Source: a virus
Reading direction: 5' to 3' (one strand)
UHGV virus genome: UHGV-1336581
Length of the DNA: 38,564 nucleotides
The notes under the pieces: generated by a model
Told to the model about the DNA's origin: nothing
Seen by the model: the letters and a program-made list of their open reading frames with translations, nothing else
Databases searched by the model: none
Program-made: the position numbers and the translations under genes
In this document: piece after piece, positions 28,652 to 37,707 of the stretch
How the letters are laid out: every line of letters begins with the position of its first letter
How positions within the stretch are numbered: position 1 is the first letter of the stretch

Positions 28652-29548
28652 ATGCCCAATCTGGCCCAAGTCTTGGAGGAAATCCAAAGCCTCCAAGACG
28701 ATTCTCGCTTTGATATTGTCCGCCGTAAATACATAAAAGCTTTGAGCGACAGTACTGATAGAAACGTAATATGTTACTACACAGACTTTTTACATAACGG
28801 TAATCATCAGCATGTCAGCATCAATGATGATGACAAAAATGGTTTCATGGCTGTTGTTAACGGAATGGATAGAACGAAAGGCTTAGACCTTTTCTTGCAT
28901 ACCCCTGGTGGTTCTATAACTGCGGCTGAGTCTCTGGTTTACTACCTTAAAAAGCTTTTTAATGGTGATATTCGGGCCATTGTTCCTCAAATGAGCATGT
29001 CTGCAGGAACAATGATTGCGTGTGCCTGCAAAGAAATTGTAATGGGGCATCATTCAAGTATCGGACCTTTTGATCCTCATATCTTTGGTGGTCTTTCAGC
29101 TTATGGTATTTTGGAAGAGTTAAAAAATGCTATTGATAGCATTCAAAAAGAACCTTCCAGCCTCCCGATTTGGCAAACAATCATCTCGCGCTACCCACCT
29201 ACCATTTTTGATACAGCTAGCAAAGCTATTCAGCTTGCCGATGATTTGGTTACTGAATGGTTAAAAAATGGAATGCTTAAAGATTTACCTGAACCTCGGC
29301 GTAGCGAACTCGCCACTGCGATTGTCAAAAGCTTAAACAATCGTACGGATACGAAGGATCATTCTCGGCATATCCACGCAGAGAGAGCCATTGAATTAGG
29401 TTTGCGGATCACTCAGCTTGAAGACCATCCCCAGTTTCAGGACGCAGTTCTTACAGTACATCACTGTTGTACACAAACCCTTTTCAACACTCCTACAGTT
29501 AAGCTTATTGAAGGCTCTAATAACCAATCCTTTATTCGGCATATCTAA
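28652..29548 (+). CDS. SDH-family / ClpP-SppA-like Clp-fold serine protease
   Basis: [20 protein letters not shown] and [19 protein letters not shown] resemble the catalytic-serine region of ClpP/S49-type peptidases. Confidence 0.6.
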   Translation: MPNLAQVLEEIQSLQDDSRFDIVRRKYIKALSDSTDRNVICYYTDFLHNGNHQHVSINDDDKNGFMAVVNGMDRTKGLDLFLHTPGGSITAAESLVYYLKKLFNGDIRAIVPQMSMSAGTMIACACKEIVMGHHSSIGPFDPHIFGGLSAYGILEELKNAIDSIQKEPSSLPIWQTIISRYPPTIFDTASKAIQLADDLVTEWLKNGMLKDLPEPRRSELATAIVKSLNNRTDTKDHSRHIHAERAIELGLRITQLEDHPQFQDAVLTVHHCCTQTLFNTPTVKLIEGSNNQSFIRHI

Positions 29549-29866
29549 AAGTTTGGGGGTACTTAAGCGCCCCCTTCTCGATTATGCGTAAAATAATATT
29601 AATAATTAATCACTTACATAGTGCAAGCCATGTCATGTATGAATCGAAAAACTGAAACTCATTGTTAACTTAGATTATCATCGGTACTTTCGATAAAGTT
29701 ATCCGGGGTCATCATAACTCTTTATGTGAAGTATCCCCAATATAACCTCATAATTTAACTTATTGTAGTGTATGTATTTTTATTATTTAAATATCAATTG
29801 TTTTGTTGAGATGCAAGCGGCTCGCCAAAACCGTTTTGATATTTATTGCCCGGTTAGATCGGCTTT

Positions 29867-30180
29867 CTAGGACAACAGATCACGTACCCGGTTTGCCGTC
29901 CAGTCCGGGATATGCTCAATGACGTAACGCAACCATTTTTCTGGCTCCTCCTTGTTCAGACGGCACGTGCCGATCAGCAAGTACAGCACCGCAGTATGTT
30001 CGCCACCGCTGTTGGAACCTGCGAACAACCAGTTTTTCCGGCCCACTGCCACACCACGTTAGGCGTTTTCGGCGATGTTTTTGTCGATTTCCACCCAGCC
30101 ATTATTGCAGTATACGTTCAGCGCATCTATATGAATGCATCCCGTTTCGTAGTTTTGACGTTGATGGTAGATGAAAGTAC
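29867..30180 (-). mobile_element. IS66-family transposase 3' remnant (frameshifted C-terminal ~100 codons only)
   Basis: Minus-strand translation gives ...ALNVYCNNGWVEIDKNIAENA and, after a frameshift, VGRKNWLFAGSNSGGEHTAVLYLLIGTCRLNKEEPEKWLRYV, matching the conserved IS66 TnpC C-terminus; no N-terminal transposase sequence. Confidence 0.6.
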
Positions 30181-30749
30181 CGGGCATGAAACAATCAGTA
30201 AAAACGATGGGGCAAAGCATGACTAAGCTGACCATTAACAGAAAACCGAAAGGCATTTACGGCACGCCGCAGAAAACGACGCAGGCGGCACAGGAGCAGG
30301 ATAAAACCCCATCGGCGCATAAAGTGATGCTCGGTAACCAGAAAGCGCAGCAGAAGCTCACAGGGGCGACATCGTGGCGGCATATGACCAAACGCCAGCG
30401 CAAAAATCGCAGGCGCGTTAACCGCCTTACTGAGTTGTGGCCTGAATTATTCAACCGGGAAGCACCGAAGCCGCTTAAGGTGGGAATATTTGACGACCTG
30501 ATGCAGAATCTCGCCGTCAGGGGGCTGGCATTCGGGCCAGGGGCATTACGTGCGACGCTGGCATCTTATGCGCAGTGTCCGCGCTATTACCGCGCCTTAA
30601 TGGCTGGTGGGGTACGCTACGACCTGAAAGGCCAGCCGTGCGGCGAGGTGACACCACAGGAACAACAGGACGCAGAAACGCGGCTGGTGGCGCTGAATGA
30701 GAAGCGCAAACGTCAGCGCCGGGCAGCAAAGGAGAAAACAGGCGCATGA
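30171..30749 (+). CDS. FinO/ProQ-family RNA chaperone-like protein
   Basis: WPELFNREAPKPLKVGIFDDLMQ and ALRATLASYAQCPRYYRALMAGGVRYDLKGQPCGEV match the ProQ/FinO domain; real start probably an internal Met, since the 5' end overlaps the IS66 remnant. Confidence 0.65.
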   Translation: MKVPGMKQSVKTMGQSMTKLTINRKPKGIYGTPQKTTQAAQEQDKTPSAHKVMLGNQKAQQKLTGATSWRHMTKRQRKNRRRVNRLTELWPELFNREAPKPLKVGIFDDLMQNLAVRGLAFGPGALRATLASYAQCPRYYRALMAGGVRYDLKGQPCGEVTPQEQQDAETRLVALNEKRKRQRRAAKEKTGA

Positions 30750-31033
30750 TTCACGACAGCAAAGCGGAAGCACTGGAAGCGCGTGGTCTGTACCGGAGAG
30801 CGGCGGCTCGGTGGGCTGAGGTCATCATGCTGGCGAATGATGACAAGGCACGGGAACAGGCGGCAAAACGTCGCGCGGAATGTATCCACAAGGCAGCACG
30901 CCCACCAGCAAGGCAGGATAATTTCGGGGAGATGCGCAAAACCATCAGCCGGGCACATGTCGGGATGGGATTACATCAGCCCAATGGTGAGGCATTCAGG
31001 AAATACCAAAAAAAGAACAATTGTAGTCAGTAA
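30746..31033 (+). CDS. PerC-like transcriptional activator family protein
   Basis: DSKAEALEARGLYRRAAARWAEVIM resembles the PerC N-terminal signature; ATGA overlap with the upstream gene. Confidence 0.5.
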   Translation: MIHDSKAEALEARGLYRRAAARWAEVIMLANDDKAREQAAKRRAECIHKAARPPARQDNFGEMRKTISRAHVGMGLHQPNGEAFRKYQKKNNCSQ

Positions 31034-31167
31034 CAGAGGATGGGATTCTCTTGGTTTTTTGTTGATGCTTTCTGAGGAAATCTACTACGTTGCTGAGCAG
31101 ATGAATATTCAATTGCATCTGGGTTCCTGATACGATTAATCTGAATATTTTCATTTGGAATAGGGAT

Positions 31168-32310
31168 ATGAATAAAACTTTAATTGCAACATTAGTCGGT
31201 ATAGTAATGTTAACCGGATGTGGGCCAGAAGAGTTAACTCCAGAACAGAAACAGGAAGTAGCGGCTCTTAAAGCTGAACTGTCGCAAACGGAAGGTGAAA
31301 TATCAGCAGCTAAGGAAGTTGACCAGCAGTTTTCTGGTGGGTTGATAAAAAATCTGACAACAGCAAGACTGGAAATATTAGGAACTAATAAAGCGCTTTT
31401 GGAACAGCGTATTAATGCTATTGAATCAGGCGCCAAAATTGATGTTGTTGTATCTGGAGTAAAACCTGATCCTGAGCTTGCGGCTTCAATTAAAACTGAA
31501 ATTGACAGCTTAGATGCAAAAATCAACGAAGCCAAAGCTGATGCTCGTCAGTATAGTGGTGGTCTGATAAAGGTACTAAAATTATCTACTGTTGCCACTG
31601 AAGAGCAGACCATGGCAATGTTGCAGCAAAAGTACCTCACAGCCAAGTATGGCCTCGCTGAAGTTAAGCTGGCATCAGTACAAGATAATGACGCAAAAAA
31701 CAGTACTGAAACGGAAGTAACAGCCAAAAATTCCCAAGAGCAACTTCCTTTACTCCCGCCAGCGGATGGTCCGTTTGGCTTAGAAGCCGGTCTTACACAG
31801 AAAAACATCGAAGATATGATCGGTGCTAAGCTCAAGCCACTACCAGACAGTGTGAATCTGTATACTTCTGATAAATTACCGAAGCAAAACGCAGATTTTG
31901 AAATGTATGGTTTGTTGATCTCCCCGAAAGCTGGTTTATGTCAAATACGGGCTTTAGGAAAAAATATTGATACTGATAGCTATGGATTGGCTCTTAAATC
32001 CAAGTTTGAAGAATTGAGTAATTCTTTAAGTTCTCTGTATGGAAAGGCTGATACTACAGACTTTTTGCTGGCTGGTTCAATTTGGAAAGATCCTCAGGAC
32101 TGGATGAGGGGGCTAAACAAAAAAGAACGCTTCTTATCTGCCACATGGAAGGGAACAAAAGAAATACCATTAAAAAACAATATTGATACTATATATATTG
32201 AGGCCAGAGCGAACAATTCCACTCAGGGATATGTCTATTTGCAGTACTCATTTGCAAATGACGAAATTTGTCAGGCAGAAATTGAAGGGGCGAAAAAAAG
32301 TTCCCTTTAA
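31168..32310 (+). CDS. Lipoprotein of unknown function
   Basis: Signal peptide with lipobox (LVGIVMLTGCG); 380 aa with internally repeated segments (QQFSGGLIKNL / RQYSGGLIKVL). Confidence 0.6.
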   Translation: MNKTLIATLVGIVMLTGCGPEELTPEQKQEVAALKAELSQTEGEISAAKEVDQQFSGGLIKNLTTARLEILGTNKALLEQRINAIESGAKIDVVVSGVKPDPELAASIKTEIDSLDAKINEAKADARQYSGGLIKVLKLSTVATEEQTMAMLQQKYLTAKYGLAEVKLASVQDNDAKNSTETEVTAKNSQEQLPLLPPADGPFGLEAGLTQKNIEDMIGAKLKPLPDSVNLYTSDKLPKQNADFEMYGLLISPKAGLCQIRALGKNIDTDSYGLALKSKFEELSNSLSSLYGKADTTDFLLAGSIWKDPQDWMRGLNKKERFLSATWKGTKEIPLKNNIDTIYIEARANNSTQGYVYLQYSFANDEICQAEIEGAKKSSL

Positions 32311-32321
32311 ACAATCCGTGC

Positions 32322-32348
32322 AAAGCCCCTTAGTAAGGGGCTTTTATA
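32322..32348 (+). terminator. Rho-independent terminator
   Basis: AAGCCCCTT-AGTA-AGGGGCTT hairpin followed by TTATATAT, just after the lipoprotein stop. Confidence 0.5.
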
Positions 32349-32374
32349 TATTAATGTTCAACGGGGGGGATTAG

Positions 32375-32698
32375 ATGAAAGATAATCTAGAAAAACTAAT
32401 TGAAAATACTTTAAAAGATATTCTATTAGCTAATGCTGCTCTAACATTCATTTTTGCAATACCAATGGCTATTATCAGTAGGTATGGGATGGGCATCACA
32501 ATCTGGTTTATAACTGTGCTCATTGCACCTGCTCTGTGTGCAGTAGGTGCATGGCTTGTATCTCGAACATCCGGCCATGCTGAGGAGTTCTTTCATCGTC
32601 GGTGGGCTAAGCGAATTTATGTTTTTTATACTCTTGCGGCTGCCGAGTTTTTGCTTGTGTACTCAATCGCGCAAATAATGAAAAATCTGATGAAATAA
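32375..32698 (+). CDS. Small inner-membrane protein
   Basis: 107 aa with two or three hydrophobic helices; GGGGG-type RBS upstream. Confidence 0.5.
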   Translation: MKDNLEKLIENTLKDILLANAALTFIFAIPMAIISRYGMGITIWFITVLIAPALCAVGAWLVSRTSGHAEEFFHRRWAKRIYVFYTLAAAEFLLVYSIAQIMKNLMK

Positions 32699-32985
32699 TT
32701 AACAAGTTATTATCATGGAGCTTGTGGCTGTTAACCTGCAGTGAGGCGACAATCGTGTATTTATAAAAACTTCCCCTTTTCACTCCCCGCTGTTTCTTCT
32801 GCTATTGCCTTTATGTTTGCATGCACCAACATCTGCCATACCTTTGCAGAAAAATCAGAGCATTCAGTGCCGAAGGTTGGTTTATTGATGCTTTTCGTTT
32901 CATTTATTGCAATTGTCTCTGGTATCATTTCAATTTGTGCAATAATTGCAATAATTGCAATTATTGTCATTCAGAAGGGATCATC

Positions 32986-33153
32986 ATGAAAAATCACGGA
33001 GTAAAGCCAGTTTTACTTTCCCGGAGGCAGATCGAAGCCCTGCAACGCATCCAGGACGAAGAGCGTCAGAAATCTGTGCTTGGTGTGGCACCGTCGATTC
33101 ATGTTATCGCTCGGCAACTGATGGATAAGGCACTTAAAGAGGTGAGACTGTGA
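32986..33153 (+). CDS. Hypothetical small protein (55 aa)
   Basis: ATG preceded by GAAGGGA; stop overlaps the next gene's start (ATGA). The longer track ORF from 32821 runs through a tandem repeat and is probably not coding upstream. Confidence 0.4.
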   Translation: MKNHGVKPVLLSRRQIEALQRIQDEERQKSVLGVAPSIHVIARQLMDKALKEVRL

Positions 33154-33422
33154 AATTAAATATCAGAGTGGATAAACGCCAGCTATGGCAGAAAAAAGAG
33201 AACAGCGAGGCATTCAGGGCGTTGCTGGTGGAAAATCTTCAGCACCGGTTCAGTGGAGAGTTGCCTGATGCTCTAGGGAAGAAACTGGAATCCCTGACGG
33301 TGGAAATTGGCGATTATGGCTTTGTTGATGTTGAAAGCACGACTGCCAACACAGAAATCGTAAAACAGGTCGTCAATGATGTAATGAAAACCACGCTTAG
33401 CCAGCCATCCTGGCGCAACTGA
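33150..33422 (+). CDS. Hypothetical protein (90 aa)
   Basis: Translationally coupled to the preceding small gene; followed by a terminator hairpin. Confidence 0.5.
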   Translation: MKLNIRVDKRQLWQKKENSEAFRALLVENLQHRFSGELPDALGKKLESLTVEIGDYGFVDVESTTANTEIVKQVVNDVMKTTLSQPSWRN

Positions 33423-33427
33423 ATCAG

Positions 33428-33452
33428 TAAGGGGCGGTTATTGCCCCTTTCC
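33428..33452 (+). terminator. Rho-independent terminator
   Basis: AAGGGGC-GGTTATT-GCCCCTTT hairpin immediately after the stop codon. Confidence 0.5.
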
Positions 33453-33504
33453 TCCATACCCACAACGCATTCCCTTTCCGCATGAAATTATTTTTTTATC
33501 GTAT

Positions 33505-34050
33505 ATGCATGAGGTGAGCTACATGTTGATGAGTAAAGCCGAATACGCCAAATACAAAGGCGTAAGCCGCCAGACAGTTTACGACTGGATCGAGAAAGGC
33601 GAAGTGATCATGTCTGGCAAAAAAATTGATGTGGATGCGACAGATCAGCGGAACAGCCCACCAGCACAGGGGAAAGACACCGTTTCTGAAATGTGGCCAG
33701 AGAGAACGCTGGAAATGACGTGGGGCGAGTTCTGGAAAGCAGTTAAGGCCAGAGACGGTAAAATCCCTGCGCCAGTAACGGACGATGACATACGGCAGCG
33801 TGTGCTGAATGCAGCCGGGGAATTAGGCTGGGAAGTGCACTTTCTTGATGATGGTGCTATCTGCCTTGAGGATGATGAAGGACAGCATTACTTTGAACAA
33901 TACAATTTGCGGGGTAATGCCTGGCTGGCAATTCATATGCTGCGTTGTGAACTATGCTATGTTGCCAGCGATTGTCCCGATGAACAGGACACATGGAGTG
34001 AGGCAGGACTAAACGCCCTGGCTGAATGGGAAAAATCAGGCCATCAATGA
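33505..34050 (+). CDS. HTH DNA-binding protein (N-terminal MerR/terminase-small-subunit-like helix-turn-helix)
   Basis: SKAEYAKYKGVSRQTVYDWIEKGEV is a classic HTH; the rest is acidic and unassigned. Confidence 0.5.
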   Translation: MHEVSYMLMSKAEYAKYKGVSRQTVYDWIEKGEVIMSGKKIDVDATDQRNSPPAQGKDTVSEMWPERTLEMTWGEFWKAVKARDGKIPAPVTDDDIRQRVLNAAGELGWEVHFLDDGAICLEDDEGQHYFEQYNLRGNAWLAIHMLRCELCYVASDCPDEQDTWSEAGLNALAEWEKSGHQ

Positions 34051-34054
34051 CCTC

Positions 34055-34330
34055 AAAAAGTGTCAAGTTGAGCAGCTTGCCAGGTTGACACTTTACACTC
34101 TGAACGCGAAAAAGTGTCAACCTTGCTGGAAGCCGCGCCATTACTGGCCTTGTACCATATTCACCACGTCAAAAAACCGAAAAAATCGCGAAAAGTGTCA
34201 AGTTGCCATGCTTAGAAATGCCAGGGATGGTTAAGTTTTGTTAAGGTTTTTCCCGAAAAAGTGTCAAGTGTGTCAATCTGCGATATTAAGATTTATTAAG
34301 GTCTTAAGCCGGAAAGTGTCAACCAGCCCC
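34055..34330. repeat. Array of at least six AAAGTGTCAA(G/C) repeats interleaved with TTAAG-type motifs (candidate binding-site array)
   Basis: Copies near 34055, 34108, 34190, 34255, 34312, plus an inverted copy (TTGACACTTT) near 34084; each later copy is followed by TTAAG(T/A)TTT...TAAGGT. Confidence 0.5.
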
Positions 34331-34443
34331 CTAAGATTTCCTAAGGTGTGATTGAACGTGCTGTAACCTTCTTGTCGCAATGTGGATGAATGACTATAGT
34401 GCTGGTAACTTTGACAGCAGAATCAGATTACTGAAGGAAATGT

Positions 34444-35028
34444 GTGATGAGTTTTTTTAATCTTTATGGGAAAGAACTATTTTCTTTTTTTATAGCGATT
34501 TTAACATGGATACTGAATAACAGATTTAAAAGCAAGGCAAAGTTATCCTATGGTTATCAGCATGGATTTACTTTTCTTCTCAATGAACCCTTACGGAATG
34601 CTAATGGTGAGGTAATATCTAATTCACAGTTGGTGTATACACGATCTATTATTCTTGTTAATGAAGGGCGAGAAAGTGCTACTAATATATCATTGGTTTT
34701 TAACTATAAGCCAATGCATATTAATTTTTGGCCTGTCCACCATTTTGAAGAAAATATTGAACAGGATGGTCGCTATATTATCAAGTTTGAAAGCCTTGCA
34801 CCTAGTGAGTCTATTCAATGTGAAATATTATCAATAAATAGAGAAGTTCCAAGTATTCTATCGATAAGATCTAAAGAGTGTGTGGCTGAGCCAGTGAATA
34901 TCGTGATGCAAAAATCGATTAGTAATATTGCCCTACGTTGCTATCAATTATTAATACTTCTTGGAACTGGCACATTAACATATTTAATTATCGTTATTCT
35001 GCAATGGTTAGTCACTAAAACGGGATAA
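34444..35028 (+). CDS. Hypothetical membrane protein (AT-rich cargo)
   Basis: 194 aa; hydrophobic helices at both ends (FFIAILTWIL; LLILLGTGTLTYLIIVILQWLV); visibly AT-rich. Confidence 0.5.
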   Translation: MMSFFNLYGKELFSFFIAILTWILNNRFKSKAKLSYGYQHGFTFLLNEPLRNANGEVISNSQLVYTRSIILVNEGRESATNISLVFNYKPMHINFWPVHHFEENIEQDGRYIIKFESLAPSESIQCEILSINREVPSILSIRSKECVAEPVNIVMQKSISNIALRCYQLLILLGTGTLTYLIIVILQWLVTKTG

Positions 35029-35294
35029 TCCATTGTATTGAACTTATTAATTGGATATGAGTGCTGATAGGAAACCTATGACCATCACCGAAGCCGATAT
35101 GCTGGAGATGATCCGCAGCATTGCCGGAATCAAACAACCAGCAAGCAAAATTAACAGGTGTTCAGCGCCTGTTTCCGTTGTGCTGCAACAGGAACGCCAC
35201 CAGCGGCGGGAAAACGAAAAGGCGTACCAATGGACGAAGCCAAACAAGTTACGGCGTTAATTAGGGATGCGGGCTGGGATAGCCCGCATTTTGC

Positions 35295-35552
35295 TCACAG
35301 CTTGTTATAAATTTTTCCAGCGAAGTCATGAACCGCCTGAGGAATATCCGACGGCGTACCTAGCATTGTCGGCGCATCGGAAACAAAGAACATGATCGCT
35401 TCTTTGATTTCTTCGAAAGATGGGGTAGGGGTAATGCGCTTGAGATTTGAAACAGCCCGTCGGAACTCCGCCGTATCCATTGGATGCCTGCTAAACCACG
35501 TTGGACTAGAAGCCCAACATTTTACTGCTTCTTTCACCTTAGTGTTCATCAT
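35295..35552 (-). CDS. Hypothetical small protein
   Basis: 85-codon minus-strand ORF with ordinary composition; no family recognised. Confidence 0.3.
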   Translation of the reverse strand: MMNTKVKEAVKCWASSPTWFSRHPMDTAEFRRAVSNLKRITPTPSFEEIKEAIMFFVSDAPTMLGTPSDIPQAVHDFAGKIYNKL

Positions 35553-36108
35553 TTTTCCTTTTGCTTATTACCATACAAAGCATGTGGAAAGAGAAGATTA
35601 ACATGGAAAATATGGGGTTGGTGAGCAAATGGTACTGGTAGCCCGTCGACATCTATCAGCATGATGATGTGAGGCCGTATAGTAAGCCAACAGCCAAGCC
35701 AAACATTAAGCCTAAGGGTAGGGCTTTTTTGTGGCTGGTGGCGTAATGCCAACATTGTTACATGATGTTTTGAGGTATTATCTGCATGTTCGTGGTGAGG
35801 AACCACCAGAACTGATGAGCTTTTGTTTATGCATGTACTGCATGAAAACTGTCCTATAAAGTGGGGGTAGGTGTGCTGAGGAGAACATTGTGAGCTACGC
35901 CAAATTAAATTGTGTCGGGGGTGAACAAGTTTCTTGATAGGTATCAGTAGGCACCTATAGTTATAGGCTTCTTCAATTTTGTGTGCACAATATTTTGTAT
36001 TGATTGGGGATAGGGTTGCACGCAAAATTAAAAAATGTATATTTATTAACGTGTATTTGATAATTTTTAAATAAAATATTTCTCTATGTTTATCATAAAA
36101 GGTTTTTT

Positions 36109-37707
36109 ATGAGCGTGGCAATAAAAACAATGACACCAGTGTCATATTCTATAAAAGTTGATGCGATTAAGAAAAGATTATCATATTTTAGTGATGTTTC
36201 TTTTTTGAGAAATTTTTATGAACACTTCCAAAAAGTAAGGGATGTCGAGGTGGGTATTGTTTCCAATTTCCCTTGGTGTTGCTATCTGGCAATGAAATGG
36301 AAGTTTTGCATGAAGGAAAAAAAGCCTGCAAAAGAAATGAGTAAAAATGATTTTATTGATATTATCAACTTAATCTATAACTTGCAACTAGAAGCATCTA
36401 ATTTAATCGTTGATGATAAAGTTATGCTAAGCCTTAGACGAATGGTGATAAATCAGTTGCTTTATCAATCAACTGATAAATTTAATGCCAATTCATTAAC
36501 AAGACAGTATATTTGGTATTGCTTGAATGATGAATCATATTATAAAGATAAGTTTTTAGAATGTACTGGTTTACATTTGGAAAGCTATTACAAAATGGCA
36601 TGTTATTTTACCGCTATTTCATGTATTAATCCTGATATAGAATCAGAGGTTATTCCATTTAAACACTTGATAATAAACTTGGTTCCGATATTTGGTCCGG
36701 AACAAGTGAAAAGATTTTTGGAATTAACATGCTTAAAAATTGATGGTGTGAGAGATTTTATTGCCCCATATAAATTGGATAAAAACATTACCGCTGAGTA
36801 TTATGAAGATACACCATTCCTCAGTAAACCAATGTTTTTAGATGGCGATGGTGTAGTGATATTATGCAAAAGAATCATGAAGTCAGGGTTTGTCAACCTA
36901 GTTCCAGAATTGTTCAAGCAGGTCTATAAGGAATCTTATAAAGAAAAATTTGGTAAGACGATGGAACTTTATATTTCTCGCTTTCTTGATAAGTACAATT
37001 ATAACTTTAAGACTGAAAGTGAGGTTAAGAAGATTTATAGTGATAATGCAATAAAAAATTGCAAGTCCGTAGATTTTGTTATTTCAGAGGGAGATTCAAT
37101 AGTTTATATTGACTCGAAGGCAATAGAGCCTGCAAAGTTCGTTAAAACATCTAATAATGCTCAGTTGCTAAAGGAAAGGTTGAATAAGAGTTTTATTAAA
37201 GGGATTTATCAAGGTCAGGAATGTGCTTTTAACTTAAATAAAATAGAGATGAGAAAACCATCTTCGAAAGATTCAATGTTAATTGTGGTGCATCGGGATC
37301 ATCATATATCAAATGCAATGCTTGTGCAGGATTTTATTAACCCTGATTTATCAACTGAGTTATCTGAAAAATATCATAGTATCCCCATTGATCTAAAAAG
37401 AATTTACTATATAACAATTGATGAGTTCGAATTATTACTTATGATGTGTAAACAGAAAGAACTATCTATTAATGAGTTTATTGATATGTGTGTGGAAAAA
37501 GATTCATTCCCTCATACTCAGAAGTCTAATCTAAGCATGCACATATATGAATTTGCACCAGAGGGTATTGATGATGATCAATTGATTGTAAAAGGAAGAG
37601 ACTTACTGATTGATGATGTTATTGAAAATATGAAAGAGAGTGCATCAAAATGGTCTGGGAAAGTTGATATGTATCTTAAAATAAAAGATTATATTTTTAA
37701 TTGGTAA
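36109..37707 (+). CDS. Large hypothetical protein (AT-rich cargo); possible PD-(D/E)xK nuclease core
   Basis: 532-codon ORF in a very AT-rich block with an AT-rich upstream region; central SVDFVISEGDSIVYIDSKAIE fits an hhhD...(D/E)xK pattern. The nuclease assignment is an inference only. Confidence 0.55.
   Translation: MSVAIKTMTPVSYSIKVDAIKKRLSYFSDVSFLRNFYEHFQKVRDVEVGIVSNFPWCCYLAMKWKFCMKEKKPAKEMSKNDFIDIINLIYNLQLEASNLIVDDKVMLSLRRMVINQLLYQSTDKFNANSLTRQYIWYCLNDESYYKDKFLECTGLHLESYYKMACYFTAISCINPDIESEVIPFKHLIINLVPIFGPEQVKRFLELTCLKIDGVRDFIAPYKLDKNITAEYYEDTPFLSKPMFLDGDGVVILCKRIMKSGFVNLVPELFKQVYKESYKEKFGKTMELYISRFLDKYNYNFKTESEVKKIYSDNAIKNCKSVDFVISEGDSIVYIDSKAIEPAKFVKTSNNAQLLKERLNKSFIKGIYQGQECAFNLNKIEMRKPSSKDSMLIVVHRDHHISNAMLVQDFINPDLSTELSEKYHSIPIDLKRIYYITIDEFELLLMMCKQKELSINEFIDMCVEKDSFPHTQKSNLSMHIYEFAPEGIDDDQLIVKGRDLLIDDVIENMKESASKWSGKVDMYLKIKDYIFNW

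Noticed and set aside
30059-30256. Independent 65-aa gene on the minus strand
   Set aside because: Its C-terminal half continues the IS66 transposase remnant (frameshifted), so it is part of that pseudogene, not a separate gene.
35549-36025. 158-codon minus-strand ORF
   Set aside because: His/Cys/Pro-rich translation spanning an AT-rich promoter region upstream of the 532-aa gene; not protein-like.
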